From a virus, in IMG/VR virus record IMGVR_UViG_3300009553_000022, positions 2,630 through 66,629 of that record: 64,000 nucleotides of DNA; one strand, given 5' to 3'. Positions 28,244 through 37,618 of the stretch are shown here, one piece after another. The notes under the pieces are model-generated. The model did not search any database. It saw nothing but the letters and a program-made list of their open reading frames with translations, and had not been told where the DNA came from. The stretch's first letter is position 1, and every line of letters starts with the position of its first letter. The translations under genes were made by a program, and so were the position numbers.

Positions 28244-29059
28244 ATGCAAACACTGAACGTCAAGAGCCGAACAATTCTCAGCAATGAAGACCTCAATCGC
28301 ATCGCTCCCAGCATCTTCGCGGAGCACGCGGCTTCCCACCTCACCGAACGTTACGCGTTCTTCCCCACGTCCCGCGTCGTCGACGCTATGCGCGGCGCAG
28401 GATGGAACCCCGTAGCCGCCCAAGAGATGCGCGCCCGTAAGGAAGAACGCCGCGGCTTCCAGACCCACGTCGTCCGCTTCCAGAAGGCCATTCACACGCT
28501 CGCGGTGGGCGACAGCGTCTTCGAGCTGATCCTGAAAAACGCGCATGATGGCGGCTGCTCCTGGCAGATGCACGCCGGTCTCTACCGCGCGACCTGTGCC
28601 AACGGCATGGTCGTCTCCGAAGGCGTCTCGCAGCAGGCCAACATCCGGCACAGCGGGCGGGAAATCGACGAGATCATCAGCAACAGCTTCAGCATCGCTG
28701 AACGCCTGCCCCTCATGGCCGAGCACGTTGGCAAATTCAGCAGCCGACTCCTCACCGACACCGAAGCTCGCACCTTCGCGGCGGGTGCCCTGGCCCTTCG
28801 CTACGAGGCCAACGAGGCGCCGATCAAGGCCGAGGCCCTCTTGACCGCCCGCCGGGCTGGCGACGTCGGAAACGACCTCTGGCGCACGTTCAACCGCGTT
28901 CAGGAAAACCTGATGCGCGGCAAGCAACGCGGGTACAAGATTACGGCCGCCAGCCGGGGCTTTCTGCGCAAGGTCAGCACCCGCCCGGTCACCGCGATCA
29001 ACGAAGATCTGCGTATCAATAAGGAACTTTGGAGCCTCGCCGAGAGCTTCTCGGCATAA
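28244..29059 (+). CDS. DUF932/DUF945 family protein
   Basis: APSIFA...RY.F.PT, H.VRF, NAHDG, GLYR..CANG, LW..FN.VQEN, N..LW.LA. Confidence 0.85.
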   Translation: MQTLNVKSRTILSNEDLNRIAPSIFAEHAASHLTERYAFFPTSRVVDAMRGAGWNPVAAQEMRARKEERRGFQTHVVRFQKAIHTLAVGDSVFELILKNAHDGGCSWQMHAGLYRATCANGMVVSEGVSQQANIRHSGREIDEIISNSFSIAERLPLMAEHVGKFSSRLLTDTEARTFAAGALALRYEANEAPIKAEALLTARRAGDVGNDLWRTFNRVQENLMRGKQRGYKITAASRGFLRKVSTRPVTAINEDLRINKELWSLAESFSA

Positions 29060-29129
29060 TTTACTCACGGGCGGCTGGCCCTGTGCAATCCTCCCAATTC
29101 AGCCCGCCCCAAATAGCCCACCTCAAAAC

Positions 29130-29161
29130 AAGGCCCTGCACCCACAGGGCCTTTTCTTTTT
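29130..29161 (+). terminator. Rho-independent terminator
   Basis: AAGGCCCTG-loop-CAGGGCCTT followed by a T tract. Confidence 0.75.
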
Positions 29162-29212
29162 GTCAAATTGTGTCTGACAGAGTTTGACAAAGTAACCTAA
29201 GCGGATTAGGAT
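29161..29212 (+). promoter_or_regulatory. sigma-70 leaderless promoter with three tandem boxes
   Basis: Boxes at 29161, 29171 and 29181; TTGACA-N17-TAGGAT-N6-ATG. Confidence 0.75.
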
Positions 29213-29218
29213 ACCGGC

Positions 29219-30019
29219 ATGGGAACGACAACCGAAAAACTCCTCCGCTGGGCCGACTACATCGTGATCAACACCTCGGCGGGCAAAGACTCGCAGGCGA
29301 TGATGGACTACGTTTGCCGCCTCGCATTTTCAGCCGGCATGCTGCACAAGGTCGTCGCCGTCCACGCCGACCTGGGCCGCGTCGAATGGAAGGGCACCCG
29401 CGAGCTGGCCGAGGAGCACGCCAAGTACTACGGCATTCCGTTCCACGTCGTCCGTCGCGAGAAGGGCGACCTCCTGGAGCAGGTCGAGGCGCGCGGCATG
29501 TGGCCGGACAGCGGCAACCGCTACTGCACCAGCGACCAGAAGCGCGACCAAGTGGCCAAGTTCCACACGCAGCTTTCCCTCAAACCGGTTGTCCCCGGGC
29601 GCCGCGTCCGCATCCTTAACTGCATGGGCTTCCGCAAAGACGAGAGCCCGGCCCGCGCGAAACGCCGCCCTGTCCAGGCGGACAGCCGCACGACAAACGG
29701 CAAGAAGGCCGTGCTGAACTGGCTCCCGATCCACACCTGGAGCGTCGATCTCGTCTGGAGCACGATCCGCGCCTCCGGCGTCCCCCATCATTACGCCTAC
29801 GACAAGGGCATGCCCAGGCTGTCCTGCTGCTTCTGCATCTTCGCCCCTAAGGACGCCTTGGTCATCGCAGGCCGGGAGAACCCGGAGCTTCTCGCGGAGT
29901 ACGTGCGGGTCGAGGCGAAGATCGGCCACAGCTTCCGAAACAAATTCAAGATCGCGGAGGTCCAGGAGGCGATCGCCGCAGGCTACCAACCCAAGAACGT
30001 TCAAAACTGGACAATGTAA
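29219..30019 (+). CDS. PAPS-reductase-family (PP-loop) protein
   Basis: SAGKDS, RYCT...K, GFR.DES..R, LPI..W, RLSCCFC. Confidence 0.85.
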   Translation: MGTTTEKLLRWADYIVINTSAGKDSQAMMDYVCRLAFSAGMLHKVVAVHADLGRVEWKGTRELAEEHAKYYGIPFHVVRREKGDLLEQVEARGMWPDSGNRYCTSDQKRDQVAKFHTQLSLKPVVPGRRVRILNCMGFRKDESPARAKRRPVQADSRTTNGKKAVLNWLPIHTWSVDLVWSTIRASGVPHHYAYDKGMPRLSCCFCIFAPKDALVIAGRENPELLAEYVRVEAKIGHSFRNKFKIAEVQEAIAAGYQPKNVQNWTM

Positions 30020-30909
30020 TGAAAGCTGTTGATTTATTCGCGGGCGCTGGCGGGTTCTCCACTGGCGCGAAGATGGCCGGCGTCGATGTCGTATGGGCGG
30101 CGAACCACTGGCGCGCAGCCGTCGACTGTCATGCGGCGAATCACCCCAGCGTCGCGCACATGTGCCAGGACCTGCATCAAGCCGACTGGAATCAGGTCCC
30201 AGCGCACGACGTCCTGCTGGCGTCTCCGTCCTGCCAGGGGCATGCCAAGGCCCGCGGGAAGGAGCGGCCCCACCACGACGCCGCGCGGTCTACCGCCTGG
30301 GCCGTCGTCTCCTGCGCCGAGGTTCACCGCCCGGAATTTGTCGTTGTCGAGAATGTCCCCGAGTTTCGGCGCTGGCTCCTTTACCCGGCGTGGACGCAGG
30401 CGATGAACGCCCTGGGCTACTCCACCGCGGAGCACGTTATCAACGCCGCCGACCACGGCGTCCCTCAATCCCGCGTGCGCCTGTTCGTCGTATGCTCGCG
30501 GAGCAAGGCGCCCCTGCAGCTGAAGTTCCAGCCGAAGGCCCACGTCCCGGCTAGCTCGTTCATCACAGCCCCAGGGACGACTCCCGTCAGCTCGCTGTGC
30601 GCCCGTTCCCAGGCCCGCATAGCAAACGGCCGCGCGGAGCACGGCAGCCGGTTTCTCATGGCTTATTTTGGCACGGAGAAGGGCGGGCGGAGCCTTAACG
30701 CACCCCTCGGCACCGTCACCACGCGCGACCGGTACGCCCTGGTCGACGGCGACAACTGCCGGATCCTGACCGTTGACGAGTACCGGCAGGCAATGGGGTT
30801 CCCCGACTACCAGCTGCCGGCCAACAAGAAGCTCGCGAAGCACCTGCTCGGCAACGCGGTTTGTCCGCCTGTGGCCCGCGATATCCTCCTGCAACTGGCT
30901 AAGAACTAG
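30019..30909 (+). CDS. DNA cytosine-C5 methyltransferase
   Basis: DLFAGAGG, SPSCQG, VENV, PQSR.R, GNAV. Confidence 0.92.
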   Translation: MKAVDLFAGAGGFSTGAKMAGVDVVWAANHWRAAVDCHAANHPSVAHMCQDLHQADWNQVPAHDVLLASPSCQGHAKARGKERPHHDAARSTAWAVVSCAEVHRPEFVVVENVPEFRRWLLYPAWTQAMNALGYSTAEHVINAADHGVPQSRVRLFVVCSRSKAPLQLKFQPKAHVPASSFITAPGTTPVSSLCARSQARIANGRAEHGSRFLMAYFGTEKGGRSLNAPLGTVTTRDRYALVDGDNCRILTVDEYRQAMGFPDYQLPANKKLAKHLLGNAVCPPVARDILLQLAKN

Positions 30910-30914
30910 GCCTT

Positions 30915-30976
30915 TGTGAGACACGGTAAAATAATGTCAGACAACGTTTGACAACGTAACCGAACCGGCTTAGGAT
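30915..30976 (+). promoter_or_regulatory. sigma-70 promoter with tandem boxes
   Basis: TGTCAGACA-A-CGTTTGACA; TTGACA-N17-TAGGAT. Confidence 0.75.
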
Positions 30977-30985
30977 AGCGACGCA

Positions 30986-31255
30986 ATGAGCAAGAAACTC
31001 TGGACCGGAAAGACCGCGAGACAAGAACTGTTCAGCTTCGTGCAGATACGCGCTGCGGCGAGCGACTGGGACATAAACGACGCCTTCGAGAGTGTCCTAG
31101 ACGGCGCGGAAGGCTGCCCAGACGGGTCGCTGAAACGCGAGATGCTGCGTTACTGGGAAGGCCTCGACTGGCGCGCCCAGGGGCGTCTCATCAGCGAAAT
31201 TCGAGCCGCCGTACGCCGTGGCGACCGCCTCGCGGGCCTTAAAATCCAACGCTAA
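30986..31255 (+). CDS. hypothetical early protein
   Basis: ATG just after the promoter. Confidence 0.6.
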   Translation: MSKKLWTGKTARQELFSFVQIRAAASDWDINDAFESVLDGAEGCPDGSLKREMLRYWEGLDWRAQGRLISEIRAAVRRGDRLAGLKIQR

Positions 31256-31263
31256 CAAACAAG

Positions 31264-31851
31264 ATGAACACACCCACAGACACCGAAATCGCGGACCTAC
31301 TACGTCAAACCACCTTGCCGAACGGCCAGGCGTTACGCCCACCGCAGAGAATGCACGGCTACATCGACTCTGATTACGGCTGGGAACTGTACACGGTGTT
31401 CAGCGAGAACAGGCGCCTTTGCACGGCGCTGTCAATCCGCACGCCGCGGGGAGCCGGCGACAAGATCGAGGCCCTGTACGTCGAAGTGGACAGCATCAAA
31501 CGCGGGCGTCGGCGGACCTTCGCGTCGCAAGAGAAAGTCGACCTGAATCAGCCCGCCTGGCAGGGCGCGCTGGTCTCCGCAATTCTCCGCGCGTACTCTG
31601 GCATGGACTCCTTACACACTTCCAAAGCCAACCGCATCCAGGCGCAGCGCGATGCCGAGGCTAGCCGCGAGGCCTTCGGGGAAGAGATCACGAAGCTGAC
31701 CGGCACTTACGTCGGCAGCTGGCAAGTGCTAAAGGGGGCGGAAGGCGCCCCTGTGGGCATCAGCCGGCAATACAACATCCACGGCAACACCGCTGCCGAG
31801 GTCGTGGCGAAGATGAAAGCGATCGAAGCGATCCTGATGGAGGGCCAATGA
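31264..31851 (+). CDS. hypothetical early protein
   Basis: A-rich leader; ATGA overlap downstream. Confidence 0.6.
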   Translation: MNTPTDTEIADLLRQTTLPNGQALRPPQRMHGYIDSDYGWELYTVFSENRRLCTALSIRTPRGAGDKIEALYVEVDSIKRGRRRTFASQEKVDLNQPAWQGALVSAILRAYSGMDSLHTSKANRIQAQRDAEASREAFGEEITKLTGTYVGSWQVLKGAEGAPVGISRQYNIHGNTAAEVVAKMKAIEAILMEGQ

Positions 31852-32048
31852 AAAAGACCTTTCGAGAATTTTACGAGCTGGCCAAAAAACTTAACCGCCA
31901 ACGCGGCGGCGACGACTGGAACTTTGACCACGACAACCGCCTGGATGTGACGCAGGGACACGGCGGGGTGAGTCTCAGTTGGTTCGACCGCGCCCGCGGC
32001 ATATATCGGCGTAGCTACGTCCGAGGCGCCATCCTAATCAAGCCATGA
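31848..32048 (+). CDS. hypothetical protein
   Basis: Translationally coupled ORF. Confidence 0.55.
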   Translation: MKKTFREFYELAKKLNRQRGGDDWNFDHDNRLDVTQGHGGVSLSWFDRARGIYRRSYVRGAILIKP

Positions 32049-32263
32049 TTCAAGTCGTCGCAATTTATTCCTGGGAGGGGTGGGACGCCGTCAAGGTGCT
32101 TGTGGATGGAAAGCCGTTTCTGGCCTACCCGTCCGGCTCCTTACGTATCCGCTGGCGGATTCCCGGAAAAGAGCTGACCGCCCAGGCGCGGCGAGCCGTC
32201 GGGCGCGCGATCTGGAAAGCGCACGAAGACCCGAAAACGCCTCGATTTAAGACCAAGCCATGA
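32045..32263 (+). CDS. hypothetical protein
   Basis: Translationally coupled ORF. Confidence 0.55.
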   Translation: MIQVVAIYSWEGWDAVKVLVDGKPFLAYPSGSLRIRWRIPGKELTAQARRAVGRAIWKAHEDPKTPRFKTKP

Positions 32264-32349
32264 AACTGAGCGGCGCCGAACGCGCCAAGTATCAAATGGC
32301 CGTCCGCAACCGGGAATCCTATGTCGGAACCTTGTCCGCATAACTGCAC

Positions 32350-32553
32350 ATGACCGTCGAGACCTTCCAGCCCCGTTTTATCGCCGCGGCCAAGCTGCCC
32401 GCACTCGCGAACCTGTGGCACCTGTCCCGCGCAGCCGCCAGCGGCCGGCACGAAAGGCTTCTCTGGACCTCCAAACACTTCGCAAACGAGAACCCCGAAG
32501 TTTCGCCCACAGCCGCATACAAAGACCTCTGCGACTGGCTGGCGTGGAACTAA
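32350..32553 (+). CDS. hypothetical protein
   Basis: Packed ORF. Confidence 0.5.
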   Translation: MTVETFQPRFIAAAKLPALANLWHLSRAAASGRHERLLWTSKHFANENPEVSPTAAYKDLCDWLAWN

Positions 32554-32566
32554 CACCGCAACCGCT

Positions 32567-33037
32567 ATGAACTACGCCAAACTTGGAACCGTCTCGCACG
32601 GCACAATGAACCCCGAGCATCTGCTGCGCAGGCTCTCCGCCGAACTCAAGCACCAGCTCGACCGCAATCCGCAATGGTGCGCGGAGCACCCGGCCGTATC
32701 GCGCCGGCTGAAGGAACTCGCCAGCGTCGCCGAGGTAGTCGGCTCAGACAACGACGACGCGTCGGAGACTGTAAGCGAACTCTTCGATCTCCTCGACAAC
32801 TTCGCCCCGCCGTACACGTCCTTCTGCTCTCACCCAGGCGACGGCTCGGACTTCGGGTACTGGCCGCACGACATCGAGAGCATCAAGGAGGACATCGACT
32901 TTAGCTCCTCCGCGGAGGCCGAGTACCCGCCGACCGACTTCGCCGGCGAATGGCTTCATATCAACGAGCGCGGCAACTGCACGCTCTACACCCGCAGCGA
33001 GGCGGGCCGGGATACGGAGCTTTGGTCTCTTGTCTAA
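32567..33037 (+). CDS. hypothetical protein (GTVSHGT...HPGDGSDFGYW)
   Basis: Motifs recurrent in phage early proteins. Confidence 0.65.
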   Translation: MNYAKLGTVSHGTMNPEHLLRRLSAELKHQLDRNPQWCAEHPAVSRRLKELASVAEVVGSDNDDASETVSELFDLLDNFAPPYTSFCSHPGDGSDFGYWPHDIESIKEDIDFSSSAEAEYPPTDFAGEWLHINERGNCTLYTRSEAGRDTELWSLV

Positions 33038-33067
33038 CACTGCAACACAACATCAAACACAAACTAT

Positions 33068-33307
33068 ATGGACACCATCGAATACGAACAAGGCTACGAC
33101 GAAGGTTACGACGCAGGCCGCGCGGGGGGCTACTCGGACGGCTACTCAGACGGCGTCGCGCACGCCCAGACCAGCACGCCGGCCCACCGGGTCGCGCAGT
33201 ACGTCGACAACCGCGCCGGTGCGAACGGGGCTGTGGCCCTGATCTTCGCGGCTGTGGTCATCGACCTCGGGATCATCGCCAGCGTCATCTACTACCTGGC
33301 GCGATGA
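33068..33307 (+). CDS. Small membrane protein with GYxxG repeats
   Basis: GYDEGYDAG...; C-terminal TM. Confidence 0.6.
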   Translation: MDTIEYEQGYDEGYDAGRAGGYSDGYSDGVAHAQTSTPAHRVAQYVDNRAGANGAVALIFAAVVIDLGIIASVIYYLAR

Positions 33308-33675
33308 CAGTCGACGAGCTGATCGAAGCGGTCGCGGCGCGAGTCACGACAACGGACTTGCGCCTCGACTCAAAACTGCATGCTCAAATGGCCCTCGACT
33401 TCAACCAGACCCGCGCGGAGCGGGAATACCACGAAGCCCGCGCGCGTGAACTGACACCGTTCCATGTCGAACCCGGCGCGCCATGCCCGTTCTGCTGCAA
33501 GAAGCCGACCCGGCTGGCGTGGACCTGGGAGCACCTCTCCCAATGTTATGCAAAAACGAAACCGCCCACGCATTCGCCGCACCTGGGGCACGCTACGACC
33601 AACGACCCGAGTCAAACCGTCAGCCAAGCGGTACAACCGCCGTTTACTCAAAATGGCCCTTTTACCGCGCAGTGA
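33304..33675 (+). CDS. hypothetical zinc-finger-like protein
   Basis: CPFC...H...C. Confidence 0.45.
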   Translation: MTVDELIEAVAARVTTTDLRLDSKLHAQMALDFNQTRAEREYHEARARELTPFHVEPGAPCPFCCKKPTRLAWTWEHLSQCYAKTKPPTHSPHLGHATTNDPSQTVSQAVQPPFTQNGPFTAQ

Positions 33676-33678
33676 ATT

Positions 33679-33831
33679 ATGAAACCTCTCGAACAAATCA
33701 AAACCTATTTCGCCGTCATTGGCCGGCAAGGCGGGCTCGTGAAGTCGAAGCAGAAGGCTATCGCCTCGCGGCTCAACGGCGCGAAGGGTGGACGCCCCCG
33801 CAGGAAGATTTTGGGCGCGTCGCCCAAGTAA
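33679..33831 (+). CDS. Small basic KGG/AT-hook protein
   Basis: GRQGG.VKS..K..ASR.NGAKGGRPR. Confidence 0.6.
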   Translation: MKPLEQIKTYFAVIGRQGGLVKSKQKAIASRLNGAKGGRPRRKILGASPK

Positions 33832-33842
33832 CCCCAAACCCA

Positions 33843-34226
33843 ATGAAGAAAACCACACTGACGGTGCTCGCCATGATGGCGGCAGTTATTACGGCCACGG
33901 CTGGCGTCAAACAAATCGGCGAAATTAATGGCGTGAAGATCTACCGGATCCGCACTGCCAGCCTGTTCGCCCCTAGCAGCACGACAATCGTCGCGGCGAA
34001 CACCAATGCGCCCGGCTCGTTGGAAGTGCTGAACGGCGTCGGCAACCCTGGCTTTGTGCCGGCAGTCGCGAACGCGGGTGGAATGGCGGGCGGCGCCGCC
34101 CTCCTGCGTCCGGCTCGTTCGAGCACGAACGTCGAGCAGTCCGGCGCGTCGAGCGCCACAGCGACCGCCACGTCCACGGGCGGCGGCGACCGACAGAACG
34201 GCAGCATCCATCACAACGGCAACTAA
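33843..34226 (+). CDS. Secreted hypothetical protein
   Basis: Signal peptide MKKTTLTVLAMMAAVITATA. Confidence 0.6.
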   Translation: MKKTTLTVLAMMAAVITATAGVKQIGEINGVKIYRIRTASLFAPSSTTIVAANTNAPGSLEVLNGVGNPGFVPAVANAGGMAGGAALLRPARSSTNVEQSGASSATATATSTGGGDRQNGSIHHNGN

Positions 34227-34378
34227 GCGTAACGAGCCCCACGGACGGGGCGCGCCCCTTTTATGGAATACCCAGAATGCTACAGTCACGCGCAGCCGGA
34301 GGCGCAGCAGGCTTTGCGCGACTACCTCAACGACAAGATTTCCGAAGGCGACCTAATCAGGCTAGCCGCAACAATCCT

Positions 34379-34588
34379 ATGACCGACCAACGACTCAAAG
34401 AGTGGAATGCAACATTTCCGCCTGGCTCGCCGTGCATCCTTCGCCTGGACGACGGCAGCGAAATTCAAACCCGCACACGCAGTAAGGCGTGGAGGCTCGG
34501 CCACGGTACGGTTGTCGTCTCGCTGGCAGGCCAGTCCGGCGGCTGGCTCCTCGGACGCCTCAAGATGATGGAAACCCACAAGCTCTAA
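34379..34588 (+). CDS. hypothetical protein
   Basis: WN...PPG...TRTRS.AW.LG.G motif. Confidence 0.6.
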   Translation: MTDQRLKEWNATFPPGSPCILRLDDGSEIQTRTRSKAWRLGHGTVVVSLAGQSGGWLLGRLKMMETHKL

Positions 34589-34592
34589 CCCT

Positions 34593-35207
34593 ATGGCCCA
34601 ACGTGAATATTCGTACGCGGCTGCCTTCATCGCTTTCGCGAAGGGGGACAAGCTCGAAGACATCAGCGAGACCCTCGGCATCCCGCTGCAAACCCTCCGC
34701 AACAAGTCCCGCGATGAGTGCTGGCGCAAGCTGGCCACGCAGCTGCAACAGAGCATCGTCCCCCTGTCTTCCCCGAAGTCCGCGGAGCGCGATATCGAGC
34801 GCATCAAGAAGAACCGCGAGGACAACATCCGCCTGGCTGAGAAGCTCCGGGTCGACGCGGAGCGCGTGATTGACGCCCTGCTGGATAACACGCTGACCAT
34901 TGAGCACGTCAACAGCAAGGGGCTCATCACAAACAGGCGCCCGAACATCCAGGACCGCACAGCTCTTGCCGGCTACGTCAAGACGATCGCAGAGACGCTA
35001 TACAGAGCGCATGGCGACGTTCTCCTGGCCCGCGAGACGGACGCCCTGCCCCAGCAGGCTGCCCAGGTCGTAATCAACCTACCCGCCGCGATAGCCCGGC
35101 CCCGCGCGGAGCGCGAGCTGGTCGACGACGCGAAGCCGATCATCGAGCTGAGACCTCCACAACAGGCCGAGGCCGTAACAGTCACCCGAACACCCGAACA
35201 GCAATGA
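34593..35207 (+). CDS. HTH protein, terminase small subunit-like
   Basis: N-terminal LEDISETLGIPLQTLRN....W, coiled coil, beta-rich tail. Confidence 0.45.
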   Translation: MAQREYSYAAAFIAFAKGDKLEDISETLGIPLQTLRNKSRDECWRKLATQLQQSIVPLSSPKSAERDIERIKKNREDNIRLAEKLRVDAERVIDALLDNTLTIEHVNSKGLITNRRPNIQDRTALAGYVKTIAETLYRAHGDVLLARETDALPQQAAQVVINLPAAIARPRAERELVDDAKPIIELRPPQQAEAVTVTRTPEQQ

Positions 35208-35464
35208 AACTATTCTTAATCGACCGAATTGACCGCGTGGATTACGGCGAATTTGACGGCGCCGTCGTCGCCGCGCCAGACGAGGAGACTGCGCGCAACA
35301 TGCACCCAAGGGACGGCCAGCCTGTTGCCTGGGACGAGAAGCCTTACGCAAACGGGCTTCCTAACTGGGCCTTCACCCCGCACAACGTCCAGGTAACGTA
35401 TATTGGGGAAGCTAAGGAAGGCACGGCGGCCGGCGTTGTCCTCAGCAGTTACAGAGCGGGTTGA
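35204..35464 (+). CDS. hypothetical protein
   Basis: Y..FD.AVV.A..E..AR..HP, IG.A motifs. Confidence 0.65.
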   Translation: MKLFLIDRIDRVDYGEFDGAVVAAPDEETARNMHPRDGQPVAWDEKPYANGLPNWAFTPHNVQVTYIGEAKEGTAAGVVLSSYRAG

Positions 35465-35469
35465 TACTT

Positions 35470-35730
35470 ATGAGCCCATACGACGCCATTACCCAGCGCC
35501 TCCGACAAATCCTCAGGCCGCGCGGCGACGAAACTCTAATCGAGACCGCGGAGCGTGTAGTCAAAGAGAATGAAGCACTCCGCGAGTGCCTCGGCATAGC
35601 GATTAGTCGGATCGCGGAGCTGGAGAAGCAGCTCGCCGACATCAAAGAATGCAACTGCGACGTGTGCCAGTGCTACGGCGTCGGTGCCTGTCAGCAGGAC
35701 GATCCGGACTGGGACCCTCAAGAGATATGA
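35470..35730 (+). CDS. hypothetical coiled-coil / Cys protein
   Basis: Packed ORF. Confidence 0.5.
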   Translation: MSPYDAITQRLRQILRPRGDETLIETAERVVKENEALRECLGIAISRIAELEKQLADIKECNCDVCQCYGVGACQQDDPDWDPQEI

Positions 35731-35966
35731 AACGCCTCGAACAAAGACCCCGCGACCTGATTTTGCGGAACGCGATGCGCCTGCTGCGCGCTAAGTACAG
35801 AGGGCGGCCCGCCTGGGCGCTTGTCCAAGACATCACCGGCTTCGGCTGCACCTACTCAATGGAGGTTTGCCGCGAACTCGGGATCAACCCTTGCAACCCG
35901 TTCAAAGAGTTCCCTGTGAAAGGCTACGCGGGCAGGGTTGTGCTGTGCGAGTTCAACGAGGAATGA
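35727..35966 (+). CDS. hypothetical protein
   Basis: ATGA overlaps. Confidence 0.55.
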   Translation: MKRLEQRPRDLILRNAMRLLRAKYRGRPAWALVQDITGFGCTYSMEVCRELGINPCNPFKEFPVKGYAGRVVLCEFNEE

Positions 35967-36196
35967 AGTTTGTCCCACCCAAGCCGCCTGTCTGCTGCGG
36001 CAAACCAGCGAAGCCTTACATGGAGAAGTACGGTAAGCCGTGCCACTCTACCGAGATGGGATTTCGTTGCGTCGTGTGCAAACGATCAAGGCTGCCGTAC
36101 GACCTACCAGGCGATGCCTGGTTGCCGTTTGTCCCGTTCACTCCGGAGCAGCAGGCGAATTACGAAGAGAATCTGCGGGCTGAGGGACTGGCGTAG
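35963..36196 (+). CDS. zinc-ribbon hypothetical protein
   Basis: CCG...CVVC. Confidence 0.5.
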   Translation: MKFVPPKPPVCCGKPAKPYMEKYGKPCHSTEMGFRCVVCKRSRLPYDLPGDAWLPFVPFTPEQQANYEENLRAEGLA

Positions 36197-36419
36197 GGTA
36201 GTGGCAGGCGTAGCAAAGAAACTGCGGGCCGGTGAAGATGATCCAAGACAGGGGGTAAGCGGAGTCTGGTCAGTCTACGCGTACGGCTTTAGAGAGAATG
36301 TGCCGATCGTACGGTACCGTGGGGTCCTTAGATGACCGATTAGTGTACGTCAGGCCGCTGGAGGAGTGCGATCTCTGTCACGACCTTTACCAAATAGTGA
36401 GCGAGGTGCGCTCGGTAGT

Positions 36420-36719
36420 TCAAACAGGCGTGCATACACGGGAGGGGACATACTTCTCGCAAAATGCCTCGTCCGTCATGCTGAAGACGCGGTCTCCATC
36501 CTTCACGATCCAGGCGGTCCCAATGCCCACGTCCTTCGAGCCGCGTATGTAAACCTTCGCGGAGTACACCCTGCCCTTCTCGGGGTTGTGCATCGCCGCG
36601 CATATAGAGAGGCCAAACGGCATAGGCTCACCGCGCAAGAGTATGTCTTCAGCGGCCTTCTGGGTGAACTGGATCGCCTCGACTGCGTGGGGTTTGGTGA
36701 CGTAGTTTTGTGGTTTCAT
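36420..36719 (-). CDS. hypothetical protein
   Basis: Y..KP..VEAIQ...WIVK...F...Y. Confidence 0.6.
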   Translation of the reverse strand: MKPQNYVTKPHAVEAIQFTQKAAEDILLRGEPMPFGLSICAAMHNPEKGRVYSAKVYIRGSKDVGIGTAWIVKDGDRVFSMTDEAFCEKYVPSRVCTPV

Positions 36720-36925
36720 GTGTCGCACTCCGGGCACCCGCGCACTGTTTGCCGATCGCAGTGACAGACGGAGCGCCGTTTCTTCTTCTTCTTCGGCCCC
36801 CAGTTGATAGAGTCGTAGTTGTTGCGGTACTGGTCGGACCGGTTATTGCGCGGCGAGTCGCCTTTGCCCGGCCCTGTCTTTGTCGTGGGGCCGTATTCAG
36901 GTCCGTATAGGTCTCCGGGTTTCAT
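36716..36925 (-). CDS. hypothetical protein
   Basis: GKGD.PR...Y..NYD.I motif. Confidence 0.55.
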   Translation of the reverse strand: MKPGDLYGPEYGPTTKTGPGKGDSPRNNRSDQYRNNYDSINWGPKKKKKRRSVCHCDRQTVRGCPECDT

Positions 36926-37146
36926 TTCGATTTTAGATAATCTGGGTTTTGAATTAGGTCGACCACACACTCGAAAATTTCGTCGTGGGACTCACCGTCG
37001 CCGATGCTGTACCACCAGTCCGCAAAGCCGCCGATGCTATCCAGCTCATGAAAGACTTTCCACGCCACCTTCCGCGCGGGATCAAGTGGCAGCGTGTGCA
37101 GCAGCCTGCCCTCCTTGCGGGCCTTGTAGATCTCGGAGTAGGTCAT
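36922..37146 (-). CDS. hypothetical protein
   Basis: ATGA overlaps. Confidence 0.55.
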   Translation of the reverse strand: MTYSEIYKARKEGRLLHTLPLDPARKVAWKVFHELDSIGGFADWWYSIGDGESHDEIFECVVDLIQNPDYLKSK

Positions 37147-37412
37147 TGCGGTTTAGAACAGGGGCAGTGCGCGGCGTGTATGACGCTGCTGCCGCGGGAG
37201 AGGTAGACGTGCCCTTCGTGGTGCAACTCGACGAGGCCCAGGGAGGGGATTAGTACGCACCAGGCGTTTGTCTGCGGCGCTGGCGCCTCGGGGACTGGCG
37301 TGGGGGCGCAGGTCACCAGATAGACGCCGACAAGCGCAAGCGGAATCAGCAGAATGGAGGCGGCGGCGAGTGCGAGGGTTTTCAGAAATTTCATGGGAGG
37401 TTTCACTTCCAT
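37143..37412 (-). CDS. membrane-anchored hypothetical protein
   Basis: TM segment; H...CPC at the C-terminus. Confidence 0.55.
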   Translation of the reverse strand: MEVKPPMKFLKTLALAAASILLIPLALVGVYLVTCAPTPVPEAPAPQTNAWCVLIPSLGLVELHHEGHVYLSRGSSVIHAAHCPCSKPQ

Positions 37413-37618
37413 ACGAAAGAGGTTTGCCCGTTCGTGGGGTTGATCGCCCAGTACGCCGCGCCGTGCGCGATCGCATCCCGCTGCCAGCCCGAGACGGTGC
37501 CAGCCGCGCCGACAATCACGCCCAGGCCGACGCCCAGAACAAAAACGACGAGTACGGCGGTACCATCAAGAAGGGGATCAGAGCGCATAAATATGGTCAG
37601 TGGGCGGCTTCCGCCCAC
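37403..37618 (-). CDS. small membrane protein
   Basis: TM segment; start uncertain. Confidence 0.5.
   Translation of the reverse strand: MGGSRPLTIFMRSDPLLDGTAVLVVFVLGVGLGVIVGAAGTVSGWQRDAIAHGAAYWAINPTNGQTSFVWK

Noticed and set aside
29219-30019. cysH as a sulfur auxiliary metabolic gene
   Set aside because: It is coupled to a DNA methylase, and no other sulfate-assimilation genes are present.
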